NCBI GenBank assembly: GCA_945947575.1
Contig: CAMEYM010000001.1
Span: forward strand, 94,582 to 158,581
Length of the DNA: 64,000 nucleotides
From: Rhizobium sp. Q54
GTDB taxonomy: Bacteria > Pseudomonadota > Alphaproteobacteria > UBA2966 > CAIVPW01
Direction of reading: 5' to 3'
Below, piece by piece: positions 9,849 through 20,045 of this stretch (position 1 is the first letter of the stretch; each line of letters begins with the position of its first letter). Made by a program: the position numbers and the translations under genes. Under the pieces are notes generated by a model that saw only the letters and a list, made by a program, of their open reading frames with translations, searched no databases and was not told the origin of the DNA.

Positions 9849-10769
9849 ATGCGGCGCATCCTCGTCATCAAGCATGGCGCGCTTGGGGACTTCGTCTTGG
9901 CGACGGGTCCGTTCACTGCAATTCGCGCGCACCATCTCGGCGACAACGTCACCCTTCTGACGACGCCGCCCTACGTCGACTTCGCCCGTCAAAGCCGCCT
10001 GTTCGATCAGGTGTGGGTCGACACGCGTCCCGGCATCGTCCAGGTGAGCGCGTGGTGGTCGCTGCTGCGGCGGTTGCGCGACGAGCCCATCGCGCGCGTC
10101 TACGACCTGCAGACCTCGTCGCGCTCGAGCTTCTACTTCCGCCTGCTGCCGCGTCCGAAGCCCGAGTGGTCCGGCATCGCCCGCGGTGCCTCGCACCCCC
10201 ACGCGGGGCCGGAGCGCGTGCGCCTGCACACCATCGATCGCCAAGCCGAGCAGCTGCGGCTCGCCGGCATCGAGCACGTGCCGCATCCCGATCTGTCGTG
10301 GGCCAAGGCCGATATCAGCCACCTGACGCTGCCGCGCTCCTTCGCCCTGCTGGCGCCCGGTGGCTCCGCCCATCGGCCCGAGAAGCGCTGGCCCGCGTCC
10401 CACTTCGCCGAGCTCACTCGGGAGCTCGCCAAGTCCGGCATCGCTGCCGTGGCGATCGGCGGCAAGGAGGACGCAGGCGCGACGCGCGCGGTCGCCGAGG
10501 CCGGCGGCATCGATCTCACGGGCGGCACCACGCTCGCTGAGGTGGTCGAGCTGGCCCGGCGCGCCAAGGTCGCCATCGGCAACGACACCGGTCCCATGCA
10601 CCTCGCCGCCACCGCCGGCTGCCGCTCGGTCGTGCTGTTCTCCCATGCCTCCGACCCGGCCCTGTGCGCCCCGCGCGGGCCGGTGGTGCGGGTCCTGCGC
10701 AAGCCGGTCCTCGCCCAGCTGCCGGTGGCCGATGTGGTGGAAGCCGCCTTGAAGGGGATGGACGCCTAG
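9849..10769 (+). CDS. ADP-heptose:LPS heptosyltransferase family (GT9)
   Basis: 306 aa. MRRILVIKHGALGDFVLATGPFTAIRAHH N-terminus and GNDTGPMHLAA motif. Confidence 0.8.
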   Translation: MRRILVIKHGALGDFVLATGPFTAIRAHHLGDNVTLLTTPPYVDFARQSRLFDQVWVDTRPGIVQVSAWWSLLRRLRDEPIARVYDLQTSSRSSFYFRLLPRPKPEWSGIARGASHPHAGPERVRLHTIDRQAEQLRLAGIEHVPHPDLSWAKADISHLTLPRSFALLAPGGSAHRPEKRWPASHFAELTRELAKSGIAAVAIGGKEDAGATRAVAEAGGIDLTGGTTLAEVVELARRAKVAIGNDTGPMHLAATAGCRSVVLFSHASDPALCAPRGPVVRVLRKPVLAQLPVADVVEAALKGMDA

Positions 10770-10814
10770 CCTACTTTCCCGCCAGCTTTTCCCGCTTACA
10801 AAGCAGGCTCTCTC

Positions 10815-12755
10815 GTGGTCGCCCTGACGCTTCCGGACGGCAAGGTCCGCAATTATCCCGGCCCGGTAACGGGCGCCGAGCTGGCCAAGGACATCGGTCC
10901 GGGCCTGGCGAAAGCCGCCATGGCGATTCGCGTCAACGGCAAGGTGTGGGATCTCTCGCGCCCGATCGATCAGGACGCGGCGGTCTCGATCGTCACGCGA
11001 AAGGACGACGACGCGACGGTTTACGACATCATCCGTCACGACACGGCACACATCCTCGCCGAGGCCGTGAAAGAGCTGTACCCGGAGACGCAGGTCACGA
11101 TCGGCCCGAATGTCGAGGACGGCTTCTACTACGACTTCGCGCGCAAAGACCCGTTCACGCCTGAAGACCTCGCGCGCATCGAGGATCGCATGCGCGAAAT
11201 CGTCAAGCGCAACGAGCCGCTGGTGCGCGAGGTGTGGGACCGCACGCGCGCGGTCGCCTACTTCGAGAGTCTCGGCGAGAAGTACAAGGCCCAACTCATT
11301 GCAGGCTTCCCGCCCAATGAGGACGTCAGCGTCTACCGCCAAGGCGAGTTCATCGACCTGTGCCGCGGCCCGCACGGTCCGTCGACGGGCCACATCGGCC
11401 AGGGCTTCAAGCTGATGAAGCTCGCCGGCGCCTATTGGCGCGGCGACTCCAAGAACGAGATGCTGCAGCGCGTCTACGGCACGGCGTGGCGCGACGAGAA
11501 AGAGCTCGCCGCCTACCTGCACCGCATCGAGGAGGCCGAGCGCCGCGACCATCGCCGCCTGGGCCGCGAGATGGACCTCTTCCACTTCCAGGAAGAGGCC
11601 GCGGGCATGCCGTTCTGGCACGCCAAGGGCTGGACGTTGTACCGCGTCCTCGAGGACTACATCCGCGCCCGCCTCAAGACCGCCAACTACATCGAGGTGC
11701 ACACGCCGCAGCTCATCGACCGCTCCTTGTGGGAGCAGTCGGGGCACTGGGAGAAGTTCGGCCAGAACATGTACACGACCGAGTCGGAAGACCGGACGTG
11801 GGCGTTGAAGCCGATGAACTGCCCGGCGCACATCCAGATCTACAAGCAGGGCATCAAGAGCTACCGCGACCTGCCGCTGCGCATGGCAGAGTTCGGCTGC
11901 TGCCACCGCTTCGAGCCATCGGGCGCGCTGCATGGCTTGATGCGCGTGCGCGCCTTTACGCAGGACGATGCACACATCTTCTGCACGGAAGAGCAGATCA
12001 CGCCGGAAACGAAGGCGTTCTGCGAGCTCTTGCTCGACGTCTACAAAGACTTCGGCTTCACGGACGTGCGCGTGAAGTTCTCCGATCGTCCCAAGGTGCG
12101 CGCCGGCTCCGACGAGACGTGGGATCGCGCCGAGGGTGCATTGAAGGCGGCCGCGGAGGCCGCCGGCCTCCAGGTCCTCCTCAACCCCGGCGAAGGCGCG
12201 TTCTACGGACCGAAGCTCGAGTTCGTGCTGCGCGACGCCATCGGCCGCGACTGGCAGTGCGGCACGCTCCAGGTGGACTTCGTGCTGCCCGAGCGCCTCG
12301 GCGCCCAGTACACGGCCGAGGACGGCACGCGCCAGCGCCCGGTCATGCTGCACCGCGCCATCCTGGGCTCGCTCGAGCGCTTTACGGGCGTGCTCATCGA
12401 GCACTACGCCGGCCGCATGCCGCTGTGGCTGGCTCCGGTCCAGGTCGCCGTGGTCACGATCACGCAGGAGGGCGACGCCTATGCCACGGAGGTGGACGGC
12501 CTTCTGAAGGCCGCCGGCCTGCGCCCGGTGCTCGACCTGTCCAACGACAAGATCAACTACAAGATCCGCGAGCACTCTCTCGCCAAGGTCCCCGTCATCC
12601 TCGCCATCGGCAAGCGCGAGGCGGCGGAGCGGACGGTCTCTATCCGAAGGCTAGGCTCCGAGCGCCAGGAAGTCCTTGCGCTGGAGGAGGCCCTGGCTAG
12701 ACTTACGGCAGAAGCTCAGGTCGGTGGCCAGCGTCTGGCAGCCGCCGCCGAGTGA
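10815..12755 (+). CDS. thrS: Threonine--tRNA ligase
   Basis: 646 aa with GTG start. TGS domain ([14 protein letters not shown]), second additional domain, class II core motifs and anticodon-binding domain. Collinear with E. coli ThrS. Confidence 0.95.
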   Translation: MVALTLPDGKVRNYPGPVTGAELAKDIGPGLAKAAMAIRVNGKVWDLSRPIDQDAAVSIVTRKDDDATVYDIIRHDTAHILAEAVKELYPETQVTIGPNVEDGFYYDFARKDPFTPEDLARIEDRMREIVKRNEPLVREVWDRTRAVAYFESLGEKYKAQLIAGFPPNEDVSVYRQGEFIDLCRGPHGPSTGHIGQGFKLMKLAGAYWRGDSKNEMLQRVYGTAWRDEKELAAYLHRIEEAERRDHRRLGREMDLFHFQEEAAGMPFWHAKGWTLYRVLEDYIRARLKTANYIEVHTPQLIDRSLWEQSGHWEKFGQNMYTTESEDRTWALKPMNCPAHIQIYKQGIKSYRDLPLRMAEFGCCHRFEPSGALHGLMRVRAFTQDDAHIFCTEEQITPETKAFCELLLDVYKDFGFTDVRVKFSDRPKVRAGSDETWDRAEGALKAAAEAAGLQVLLNPGEGAFYGPKLEFVLRDAIGRDWQCGTLQVDFVLPERLGAQYTAEDGTRQRPVMLHRAILGSLERFTGVLIEHYAGRMPLWLAPVQVAVVTITQEGDAYATEVDGLLKAAGLRPVLDLSNDKINYKIREHSLAKVPVILAIGKREAAERTVSIRRLGSERQEVLALEEALARLTAEAQVGGQRLAAAAE

Positions 12756-12817
12756 CCCCATTTCAGCGGAACCGGGCCAACAAGACCGCGGACCGTTCAC
12801 AGCCAAGGGAGCGATAG

Positions 12818-13351
12818 ATTCGGAGACCACAGACGACGCCGCCCGTTCGCAAGGGCCCGCGCATCAACGACATGATCAACGTCGCCACCGTGCGACTCAT
12901 CGATGAAACAGGCGAGAACGTCGGCGTAAAGACCATCAGCGAGGCCATCGCCATGGCCGTCGCGGTGGGACTCGACCTCGTCGAGATTTCCCCAAACTCC
13001 GACCCGCCCGTCGCCAAGATCCTCGACTTCGGCAAGTTCAAGTACGAGGAGCAGAAGAAGGCGAACGTCGCGCGCAAGAAGCAGAAGGTCATCGAGATCA
13101 AGGAGATCAAGCTTCGCCCCAACATCGACATCCACGACTACGGTGTGAAGATGAAGGCGATGAAGGGCTTCCTTGAGGAAGGCGACAAGGTGAAGGTCAC
13201 GCTGCGCTTCCGCGGCCGTGAGCTCGCCCATCAGCATCGCGGTCTCGAAGTCCTGCACCGCGTTCAGGGCGACCTCCAGGAGCTCGCCAAGGTCGAGCAG
13301 TTCCCGACGATGGAAGGCCGCCAGATGACCATGGTGATGTCTCCGAAATAG
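12818..13351 (+). CDS. infC: Translation initiation factor IF-3; non-canonical ATT start codon
   Basis: In-frame extension from the stop at 12815-17 gives [35 protein letters not shown]..., collinear with the E. coli IF3 N-terminus. SD aagggag lies 7 nt upstream. AUU start is the conserved autoregulatory feature of infC. Confidence 0.9.
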   Translation: MRRPQTTPPVRKGPRINDMINVATVRLIDETGENVGVKTISEAIAMAVAVGLDLVEISPNSDPPVAKILDFGKFKYEEQKKANVARKKQKVIEIKEIKLRPNIDIHDYGVKMKAMKGFLEEGDKVKVTLRFRGRELAHQHRGLEVLHRVQGDLQELAKVEQFPTMEGRQMTMVMSPK

Positions 13352-13513
13352 GCCACCGTCATGCCCGGACTTGATCCGGGCAACCACGCACCGACAACAA
13401 GCGCGGCCTCCGCACCGGATGCCGCGCTTTTCGTTTTCATCTCCCCTTCCCGGGGGAGGGCAGGGTGGGGATACGCTGTGCGGGACACGGTGCCGTATGC
13501 GGAGCAAGCTCGG

Positions 13514-13753
13514 ATGGATTCTCTTTCCCTCTTCGGCCTCCTCGCCGTCTCGGCGATGCTCGTCTTCTACGCGCTCGAAGAGCGCAACCCGGTCTACGTC
13601 CTGTGGTTCGCGCTCGCCTGCATCGCCGCGAGTCTCTACGGCTTCTTGCAGGGTGCGTGGCCGTTCGGCCTGGTCGAGATGGTGTGGGCCTACGTGGCCT
13701 GGCGGCGCTACCGCGCTAAGGTCACTCCGCCGCGGCCACCGTCCGTGGCCTGA
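13514..13753 (+). CDS. Small two-TM membrane protein of unknown function
   Basis: 79 aa from MDSLSLFGLLAVSAMLVFYALEERNPVYVLWFALACIAASLYGF. Strong GC3 bias and two hydrophobic helices. Confidence 0.45.
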   Translation: MDSLSLFGLLAVSAMLVFYALEERNPVYVLWFALACIAASLYGFLQGAWPFGLVEMVWAYVAWRRYRAKVTPPRPPSVA

Positions 13754-14351
13754 GCTCGCCCAGCGCCTGCCGGATCACCTGCACCGAAGCGATGAGGGCG
13801 AGTGTCGCCATGCCGGCGCCGACGATCAGGTCGGGCCAGTGCGTCGCCGTTCCCCACACGCCCGCCGCTGCCGCGAGCACGGCGACGTTGCCGATCGCAT
13901 CGTTGCGGCTGCACAGCCACGCCGAGCGCAGGTTCGATTCCGCGGCACGGAAGCGATAGAGCAGGACAGCGCACGCGACGTTGGCGGCCAGCGCGAGCGC
14001 ACCCACCAGTCCCATCGTGCCGTGCGCCGGCGCCTCGGCGTTGCCGAACCCGATCGCGGCGCTCGCCAAGATCACCAGCCCGATGGCGAACATGGCGCCG
14101 CCCTTCACGAGCGCCGCGCCGGCGCGCCACGTCAACGAGCGCGACAGGACAAAAAGGCCGACGCCGTAGGTCGCGGCGTCGCCCAGGAAGTCGAGCGAGT
14201 CGGCTTGCAGCGCCAGCGAGCCCGCCGCCACGCCCGCGCTGATCTCGGCGACGAACATGCCGCCGTTCACCGCCAGCACGGTCCACAGCACGCGCCGCAC
14301 GCTCCGGTCGCGCGCTGCCTCAACGTCGACTTCGCAGCAGTCGTGGCCCAT
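13722..14351 (-). CDS. Cation diffusion facilitator (CDF) family transporter, six-TM core without C-terminal cytoplasmic domain
   Basis: 209 aa. TM2/TM5 metal-site motifs (LQADSLDFLGD, SRNDAIGN) typical of CzcD/ZitB-type CDFs. Start overlaps the arsR stop. Confidence 0.75.
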   Translation of the reverse strand: MGHDCCEVDVEAARDRSVRRVLWTVLAVNGGMFVAEISAGVAAGSLALQADSLDFLGDAATYGVGLFVLSRSLTWRAGAALVKGGAMFAIGLVILASAAIGFGNAEAPAHGTMGLVGALALAANVACAVLLYRFRAAESNLRSAWLCSRNDAIGNVAVLAAAAGVWGTATHWPDLIVGAGMATLALIASVQVIRQALGELRPRTVAAAE

Positions 14352-14686
14352 CAGTCCGCGCCCCCGCGATGGTCGTCGTGCGTGTGATCGGACTCGGGGG
14401 GCTCGGCGACGTGGGCCACCAGGTCGCCGATCACCGAGCGCACGTGGTCGTCGGCCGCCAGGTAGAACACCTGCTTGCCCTGCTTCCGCGCCCGCACCAG
14501 ACGCGCGGCGCGCAGCAGGCGCAGGTGGTGGCTCACCAGCGACGGCGCCAGGCTGAGCTCGTCGGCGATCGCCCCCACCGCGCGTTCCTCATCGAGGCAC
14601 ACCAGCAGGATGCGCAGCCGGTTGGCGTCGCCCATGACGTGCAGCATCTCGGCAAGCTCGGTGGTCTGGTCGGGGGAAAGGCGCAC
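14351..14686 (-). CDS. ArsR/SmtB family metal-responsive transcriptional repressor
   Basis: 111 aa winged-HTH protein with DANRLRILLVCLDEERAVGAIADELSLAPSLVSHHLRLLRAARLV. Probably a Zn/Cd sensor, since it sits in an operon with the CDF. Confidence 0.85.
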   Translation of the reverse strand: MRLSPDQTTELAEMLHVMGDANRLRILLVCLDEERAVGAIADELSLAPSLVSHHLRLLRAARLVRARKQGKQVFYLAADDHVRSVIGDLVAHVAEPPESDHTHDDHRGGAD

Positions 14687-14700
14687 GGCTCACTCAATAC

Positions 14701-14722
14701 ATTTGAACACCTGTTCATATAT
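14701..14722. promoter_or_regulatory. ArsR/SmtB-type 12-2-12 operator: aTTTGAACAccTGTTCAtATat
   Basis: Perfect TGAACA-N2-TGTTCA inverted repeat 15 bp upstream of the arsR start codon. Matches the SmtB/CzrA operator consensus. Confidence 0.55.
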
Positions 14723-14858
14723 CATGAGGAGGCCCGCGTGGCAAATTGCTCGGCCGCCCCCGATTTCCCGCGCCTTCGCTTGCGTGCCCAGGGTTCGGTC
14801 GCTATAAAGCCGCGTCTTCCGGGTGGTCACCAGGGCCCCCGGAGCCAGGATTCCTGTC

Positions 14859-15056
14859 ATGTCCAAGATGAAGACCAAGAGCGGCGCCAAGAAGCGCTTC
14901 AAGATCACTGCGAGCGGCAAGGTCAAGACCGCCCAGGTCGGCAAGCGCCACCGCCTCCTCAACAATTCGCCCAAGCGCACGCGCAACCTGCGCGGCACCG
15001 CGGTGTTGGCGGAGCCGGATGCGAAGCGCGCCAAGAAGTGGATGCCGTACGGCTAA
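14859..15056 (+). CDS. rpmI: 50S ribosomal protein L35
   Basis: [23 protein letters not shown]..., preceded by SD ggag. Confidence 0.9.
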   Translation: MSKMKTKSGAKKRFKITASGKVKTAQVGKRHRLLNNSPKRTRNLRGTAVLAEPDAKRAKKWMPYG

Positions 15057-15079
15057 GCTAGAAACGTAAAGGTAAGCAG

Positions 15080-15439
15080 ATGTCTCGCGTCTCCCGCGCC
15101 GTACCGCGCAAGGCCCGCCACGCCAAGATCTTCAAGCTGGCGAAGGGTCAGCGCAACCGGGCGAAGAACAACTACCGGATCGCGTTCCGCCGCGTCACCC
15201 ACGCGCTCAAGTATGCGTACCGTGACCGCCGCAACAAGAAGCGCGACTTCCGCGCGCTCTGGATCCAGCGCATCAACGCCGCCGCGCGCGAGCACGGCCT
15301 CACCTACGGCCGATTTATCCATGGCCTCAAGGTCGTGGGCATCGAGTTGGACCGTAAGGTTCTCGCCGATATCGCCGTTCGCGACCCTGCGGCCTTCAAG
15401 ATCCTGGCCGAGCAGGCGAGCGCGGCCGGAGCGTCCTAG
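15080..15439 (+). CDS. rplT: 50S ribosomal protein L20
   Basis: [35 protein letters not shown]... over 119 aa. Confidence 0.95.
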   Translation: MSRVSRAVPRKARHAKIFKLAKGQRNRAKNNYRIAFRRVTHALKYAYRDRRNKKRDFRALWIQRINAAAREHGLTYGRFIHGLKVVGIELDRKVLADIAVRDPAAFKILAEQASAAGAS

Positions 15440-15462
15440 GCGCAGCGGCATCCTCATTTGAT

Positions 15463-15500
15463 CCGAAGAAGGGGCCCGTTCCGCGCGGCCCCTTTTTCTT
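15463..15500 (+). terminator. Rho-independent terminator after rplT (ggggcc-loop-ggcccc followed by TTTTTCTTT)
   Basis: GC stem plus T tract read directly from the sequence. Confidence 0.7.
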
Positions 15501-15513
15501 TGGTGCATAGACG

Positions 15514-16617
15514 ATGGAAGACCTCGACTCACTGACCGCGTCCCTGCTGGCCGAGATCGCGCGCACCGACAACGCCGCCGCCCTCGAAGAGCTGCGCGTT
15601 TCTGCCCTCGGCAAGAAGGGCACCATCACCGGCCTGGTGAAGACTCTCGGCGCCATGGACGCCGAGGAGCGCAAGGTCAAAGGCGCTGCGTTCAACGCCG
15701 CCAAGGACCGCATCGCCGCCGCCCTCGACGCCCGCAAGGCCGAGCTCGCCGTGCGCGAGCTCGACGCGCGCCTCGCCTTCGAGCGCGTCGATGTCACGCT
15801 GCCCGTCCGCCACGAAGCGCAAGGGCGCATCCACCCGGTGAGCCAGGTCACCGAGGAGATCACCGCGATCTTCGCCGACATGGGATTCACCGTCGCGGAA
15901 GGTCCCGACATCGAGGACGACTGGCACAACTTCACGGCGCTCAACATCCCGCCCAACCATCCGGCGCGGCAGATGCACGACACGTTCTATCTCCCGTCGC
16001 GCCCTGCGGGCGCGCAAACCAATACGGATGCGCAGGGCGAGACCATGCTGCTGCGCACGCACACCTCGCCCGTGCAGATCCGCCACATGCAGTCGGGCCC
16101 GCCGCCGCACCGCATCATCGCGCCCGGCCGCACCTACCGCTGCGACTCGGACATGACGCACACGCCCATGTTTCATCAGGTCGAAGGCCTCGTGATCGAC
16201 CGCGACATCCACATGGGCCACTTGAAGGGCTGCCTGGAAGAATTCCTGCGCGCCATCTTCGGCGTGCCCGATCTGAAGTACCGCCTGCGCCCGTCGCACT
16301 TCCCGTTCACCGAGCCGTCCGCCGAGATGGACATCGGCTGCTCGCGCAAGGGCGGCGTGCTGAAGATCGGCGAGGGCGACGACTGGCTCGAGATTCTCGG
16401 CTGCGGCATGGTTCACCCCAGGGTGCTGGAGTACGCCGGCGTCGATCCGAACCAGTGGCAGGGCTTTGCGTTCGGCCTCGGCATCGACCGCATCGCCATG
16501 CTCAAGTACGGCATCCCCGATCTGCGCGCCTTCTTCGACGCCGACGTGCGCTGGCTGCGCCACTACGGCTTCGCGGCGAACGACGTGCCGAGCCTTGCCA
16601 CGGGGTTGAATCGATGA
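15514..16617 (+). CDS. pheS: Phenylalanine--tRNA ligase alpha subunit
   Basis: 367 aa with class II motifs. The stop overlaps the pheT ATG (ATGA). Confidence 0.95.
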   Translation: MEDLDSLTASLLAEIARTDNAAALEELRVSALGKKGTITGLVKTLGAMDAEERKVKGAAFNAAKDRIAAALDARKAELAVRELDARLAFERVDVTLPVRHEAQGRIHPVSQVTEEITAIFADMGFTVAEGPDIEDDWHNFTALNIPPNHPARQMHDTFYLPSRPAGAQTNTDAQGETMLLRTHTSPVQIRHMQSGPPPHRIIAPGRTYRCDSDMTHTPMFHQVEGLVIDRDIHMGHLKGCLEEFLRAIFGVPDLKYRLRPSHFPFTEPSAEMDIGCSRKGGVLKIGEGDDWLEILGCGMVHPRVLEYAGVDPNQWQGFAFGLGIDRIAMLKYGIPDLRAFFDADVRWLRHYGFAANDVPSLATGLNR

Positions 16618-19007
16618 AGTTCACCCTCGGCTGGCTCCAGCAGCACCTCGACACCCCGGCCACCGCGCAGCAGGTTGCCGACAAGCTGACCGCCATCGGC
16701 TTGGAGGTCGAAAGCGTCTCCGATCCCGCGTCGGCGCTGGCGGCGTTCACCGTCGCCCACGTCTTGGAGGCGAAGCCACACCCGCAGGCCGACCGCCTGC
16801 GCCTGTGCACCGTGCAGACCGCCACCGGCACGGTCGAAGTCGTGTGCGGCGCGCCCAACGCCCGCACCGGCATGAAGGCGGTATACGCCCCGATCGGCGC
16901 GACGATTCCCGCAAGCGGCGACGTCCTCAAGAAAGCAAAGATCCGCGGCGTCGAATCGAACGGCATGCTCGTCTCCGAGCGCGAGCTCGGTCTTTCCGAC
17001 GAGCACGAAGGCATCATCGAGGTCGCTAGCGACGCCGCCATTGGAGCTTCGTTCGCGTCGATACGCGGCCTCGACGACGCGGTCATCGACATCTCCGTAA
17101 CGCCGAACCGCGGCGATTGCCTCGGCGTCTTTGGGATCGCGCGCGACCTCGCCGCCGCCGGTCTTGGGCGCCTGAAGCCGCTGGCGATCAGGCCCATCGC
17201 GGGCAAATTCAAGTCTCCCATCGGCGTGTCGCTGCAATTCACGCCCGACACGACGAGCGCCTGCAGCTACTTCGTCGGCCGCACCGTGCGCAACGTCAAG
17301 AACGGCCCGAGCCCCGAGTGGCTGCAGAAGTTCCTGCGCGCCGTCGGCCTGCGCCCGATCTCCGCCCTGGTCGACATGACCAACTACATGTCGCTCGCCT
17401 TCGCGCGCCCCCTCCACGTCTTCGACGCGGACAAAGTGTCCGGCAACCTGCACGTCCGTCTCTCGCGCAACGGGGAAAAGCTCGCCGGCCTCAACGGCAA
17501 GGAGTACGTGCTCGACGACCAGGTCACCGTCATCGCCGACGACTCCGGCGTCCTTGCCATGGGCGGCGTCGTCGGCGGCGAACCGTCCGGCTGCACCGAC
17601 GCGACCAGGAACGTCTTCATCGAATCCGCGATATTCGACACCCTGCGCACCGCCTCCACCGGCCGCCGCTACGAGATCATCTCCGACGCGCGCTTCCGGT
17701 TCGAGCGCGGCGTCGATCCGGAATTCGTGGGTCCTGGCATCGAGGAAGCGACGCGCCTCGTCCAGGAAATGTGCGGCGGCGAAGCCTCCGAGCTCGTCGT
17801 CACCGGCACCAAGCCCGCCTGGCAGCACGAGATCAAGGTGCGCCCGGCGCGCGTAAAGTCGCTCGGCGGTCTCGATCTATCGCCGCACGACGCGAGCCGC
17901 GTCCTGCAGGCGCTCGGCTGCCGCGTCGAGGATCGCGCCGGCGAAACCTTCGTCACGCCGCCGTCCTGGCGCCCCGACCTCGTTGGGGAGGCCGACTGCG
18001 TCGAGGAAGTCGTGCGCATCGTCGGCATCGACAAGGTGCCGCCGGTCTCGCTGCCGCGCGCCCGCGGCGTGCCGCGCCCCGCCCTCAATCCGTTGCAGCG
18101 CCGCGCCGGCATCGCCCGCCGCACGCTCGCCGCGCGCGGCCTGCTCGAGGCCGTGACGTTCTCGTTCACCGCGGCCAAGCTCGCGCGCCTGTTCGGCCAC
18201 ACCGATCCGAACCTCGTGCTGCAGAACCCGATCTCGGCGGACCTCGACGTCCTGCGTCCCACCGTGCTGCCGAACCTCGCCGCCGCCGTCGGCCGCAATC
18301 TCGACCGTGGCGCCGAAGACGTCGCCGTGTTCGAAGTAGGGCCGGCCTACGTCAGCGCCACGCCCGAAGGCCAGCTGCGCGTGGCCGGCGGCGTCCGCCA
18401 GGGCTCCGCGACGCCGCGCCAGTGGGCCGGCGGCGCGCGCCCCCTCGACGCGTTCGACGCCAAGGCCGACGCCCTCGCCGTGCTCGACGCGTGCGGTGTC
18501 GCCGGGGCAAGCGTCGAAGCCGGCGCTCCCGCCTGGTACCACCCCGGCCGCTCCGGCACCGTGCGCCTCGGCCCGAAGGCCGCGCTCGCCCACTTCGGCG
18601 AAGTGCACCCGCGCATCCTCGCCGAGCTCGGCCTCAAGGGCCCGCTCGTCGCGTTCGAGGTGTTCCTCAACGCCTTGCCGGCGTCCAAGGACAAGGGCAC
18701 GACGCGCGCCAAGCTCAACGCGCCCGACCTGTTGCCCGTGCTGCGCGACTTCGCCTTCGTCGTCGATGCGGCCGTCGCCGCCGCCACGCTCGTGCGCGCC
18801 GCCGAGAAAGCCGACCCGCTGATCGCCGGGGTGTCGCTGTTCGATTCCTTCTTGGGCAAGGGCATGGAGGCCGGCAAGAAGTCGCTCGCCATCACCGTCC
18901 GCATCCAGCCCGTCGAAAAGACCCTGACCGACCCCGAGATCGAAGCCATCGCCGCCAAGGTCGTCGCGGCCGTCACGAAGGCCACCGGCGGCACGCTGCG
19001 CAGCTAA
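16614..19007 (+). CDS. pheT: Phenylalanine--tRNA ligase beta subunit
   Basis: 798 aa from [35 protein letters not shown], with tRNA-binding, B3/4, B5 and FDX-ACB domains. The annotated ORF start at 16455 is a frame extension overlapping pheS. Confidence 0.95.
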   Translation: MKFTLGWLQQHLDTPATAQQVADKLTAIGLEVESVSDPASALAAFTVAHVLEAKPHPQADRLRLCTVQTATGTVEVVCGAPNARTGMKAVYAPIGATIPASGDVLKKAKIRGVESNGMLVSERELGLSDEHEGIIEVASDAAIGASFASIRGLDDAVIDISVTPNRGDCLGVFGIARDLAAAGLGRLKPLAIRPIAGKFKSPIGVSLQFTPDTTSACSYFVGRTVRNVKNGPSPEWLQKFLRAVGLRPISALVDMTNYMSLAFARPLHVFDADKVSGNLHVRLSRNGEKLAGLNGKEYVLDDQVTVIADDSGVLAMGGVVGGEPSGCTDATRNVFIESAIFDTLRTASTGRRYEIISDARFRFERGVDPEFVGPGIEEATRLVQEMCGGEASELVVTGTKPAWQHEIKVRPARVKSLGGLDLSPHDASRVLQALGCRVEDRAGETFVTPPSWRPDLVGEADCVEEVVRIVGIDKVPPVSLPRARGVPRPALNPLQRRAGIARRTLAARGLLEAVTFSFTAAKLARLFGHTDPNLVLQNPISADLDVLRPTVLPNLAAAVGRNLDRGAEDVAVFEVGPAYVSATPEGQLRVAGGVRQGSATPRQWAGGARPLDAFDAKADALAVLDACGVAGASVEAGAPAWYHPGRSGTVRLGPKAALAHFGEVHPRILAELGLKGPLVAFEVFLNALPASKDKGTTRAKLNAPDLLPVLRDFAFVVDAAVAAATLVRAAEKADPLIAGVSLFDSFLGKGMEAGKKSLAITVRIQPVEKTLTDPEIEAIAAKVVAAVTKATGGTLRS

Positions 19008-19021
19008 CCCCAGAAAAGCAA

Positions 19022-19180
19022 AAAGGGCGCGCCCGGGAGGGAGGCGCGCCCTTCTTCTTTGCTCAACAGGGCACCGGGGGAAGGTGCCTTCTTCTTCGTT
19101 ACCTAGAGAGCACCCGGGGGGGGCAGGCGCTCTTTCTTCTTCTTGGTCCGCGGCCTTCGCGGGGGAGGGGAGGCCGAAGA
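19022..19180. terminator. Array of four consecutive GC-rich hairpins with G-rich loops (GGGAGGGAG, GGGGGA, GGGGGGG, GGGGGAGGGG). The first three are each followed by a TTCTTCTT tract, giving a tandem terminator-like / REP-like repeat array.
   Basis: Read directly from the sequence. A related GGGGGAGGG-containing palindrome recurs at 13443-13470 and 19366-19392. Confidence 0.5.
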
Positions 19181-19545
19181 CGATCGGCTCAACGCAACCG
19201 ATGCATGCAATCTATGCGGACCCGCCCAAGCTCCCTATTCGGAGGATGCCCTACGCGCGACTCGGCATCGCCTTAGCTTCGCCTCGTCGCACTCCCTATG
19301 CCGCCCCCGGGCCATGGCGTAGGCCCAGCTAGGCGCGCCCCGAACTTGGTGCATCCTTCGAGGTACCCTCCCCCATACCTTGGGGGAGGGTTGCGCAGGC
19401 TTACGAGCGCAGCGAGTTAGCCGCAGCTGGGTGAGGGGAGAAACAGACCGAGCAGGAGCGCGATGGCGTCCGCCGATACTGCGCGCCGTGCGCGAGCGCA
19501 TGCGCGACATCGGCACCCCCGCGCGCGCTCGGCTGCGAGCGCGAT

Positions 19546-19803
19546 GTGCAACGCACCTTCGTCCTCGAACGCATGCTCACCGCCGGCATGGGAGTCGTCT
19601 TGGGCACCATCGCCGGCCTGCTCACCGCCCACAGGCTCCGGTACCGCGCCCGGCGCAACTTCGGCGGACCCTTCGAGCCGCGCTGTCTCATCTTCGCCGG
19701 CATGGCGGTGGCCGTCCTCGGCATCGCCGCCTGCGCCTCCTCCTGCCCCGCCCTCTGCTCCGCGCGCCTTGCGCCGGCGATCGCGGTGCAGCACGTGGAG
19801 TAG
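19546..19803 (+). pseudogene. Remnant of an FtsX-like ABC permease (C-terminal about 85 aa only, MacB/LolE-type tail)
   Basis: The ORF ends ...GMAVAVLGIAACASSCPALCSARLAPAIAVQHVE, resembling the conserved FtsX-family C-terminus (PAxRAARLxPxxALRxE). The upstream 300 bp has no coherent frame. Confidence 0.4.
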
Positions 19804-20045
19804 CTCGGCAACCCGCAGGAAACGGCCGCGGCTTGGCCATCTGCCGCTCCACTTCGCCTACCATCAATCCGCCTATGGTGTTGCAGAAAGGCAACGCCGC
19901 GACACAAGCCGGGAGAGCTGTCTCCCTAGATTACAGGAGCTCCTTGCAGAACGGGTGGGAGCTGCTAAGGTAACGCTCATGAGCTCCCAAGCGGCGTGAG
20001 CGATTGTCGCTCTTCAACCGCCGAGCTCTCGTTAGGAGAAGACAA

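Noticed and set aside
9771-12575. 934-aa minus-strand ORF spanning the heptosyltransferase and thrS
   Set aside because: It is antisense to two strongly supported genes (thrS is collinear with E. coli ThrS) and has a low-complexity composition.
13371-14387. 338-aa plus-strand ORF across the CDF/arsR region
   Set aside because: It is antisense to the CDF and ArsR genes, Arg-rich, with no membrane or regulatory motifs.
19022-19180. Possible CRISPR array (repeated hairpins)
   Set aside because: There are only 3-4 units, the repeats are not identical, spacing is irregular (about 40-45 bp total unit), and no cas genes are present. They are better explained as tandem terminators or REP-like elements.
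17117-19276. 719-aa plus-strand ORF inside pheT in another frame, and similar ORFs antisense to lepA (21910-23850) and phoX (50057-52381)
   Set aside because: Extreme Arg/Pro content. These are shadows of real genes in high-GC DNA.
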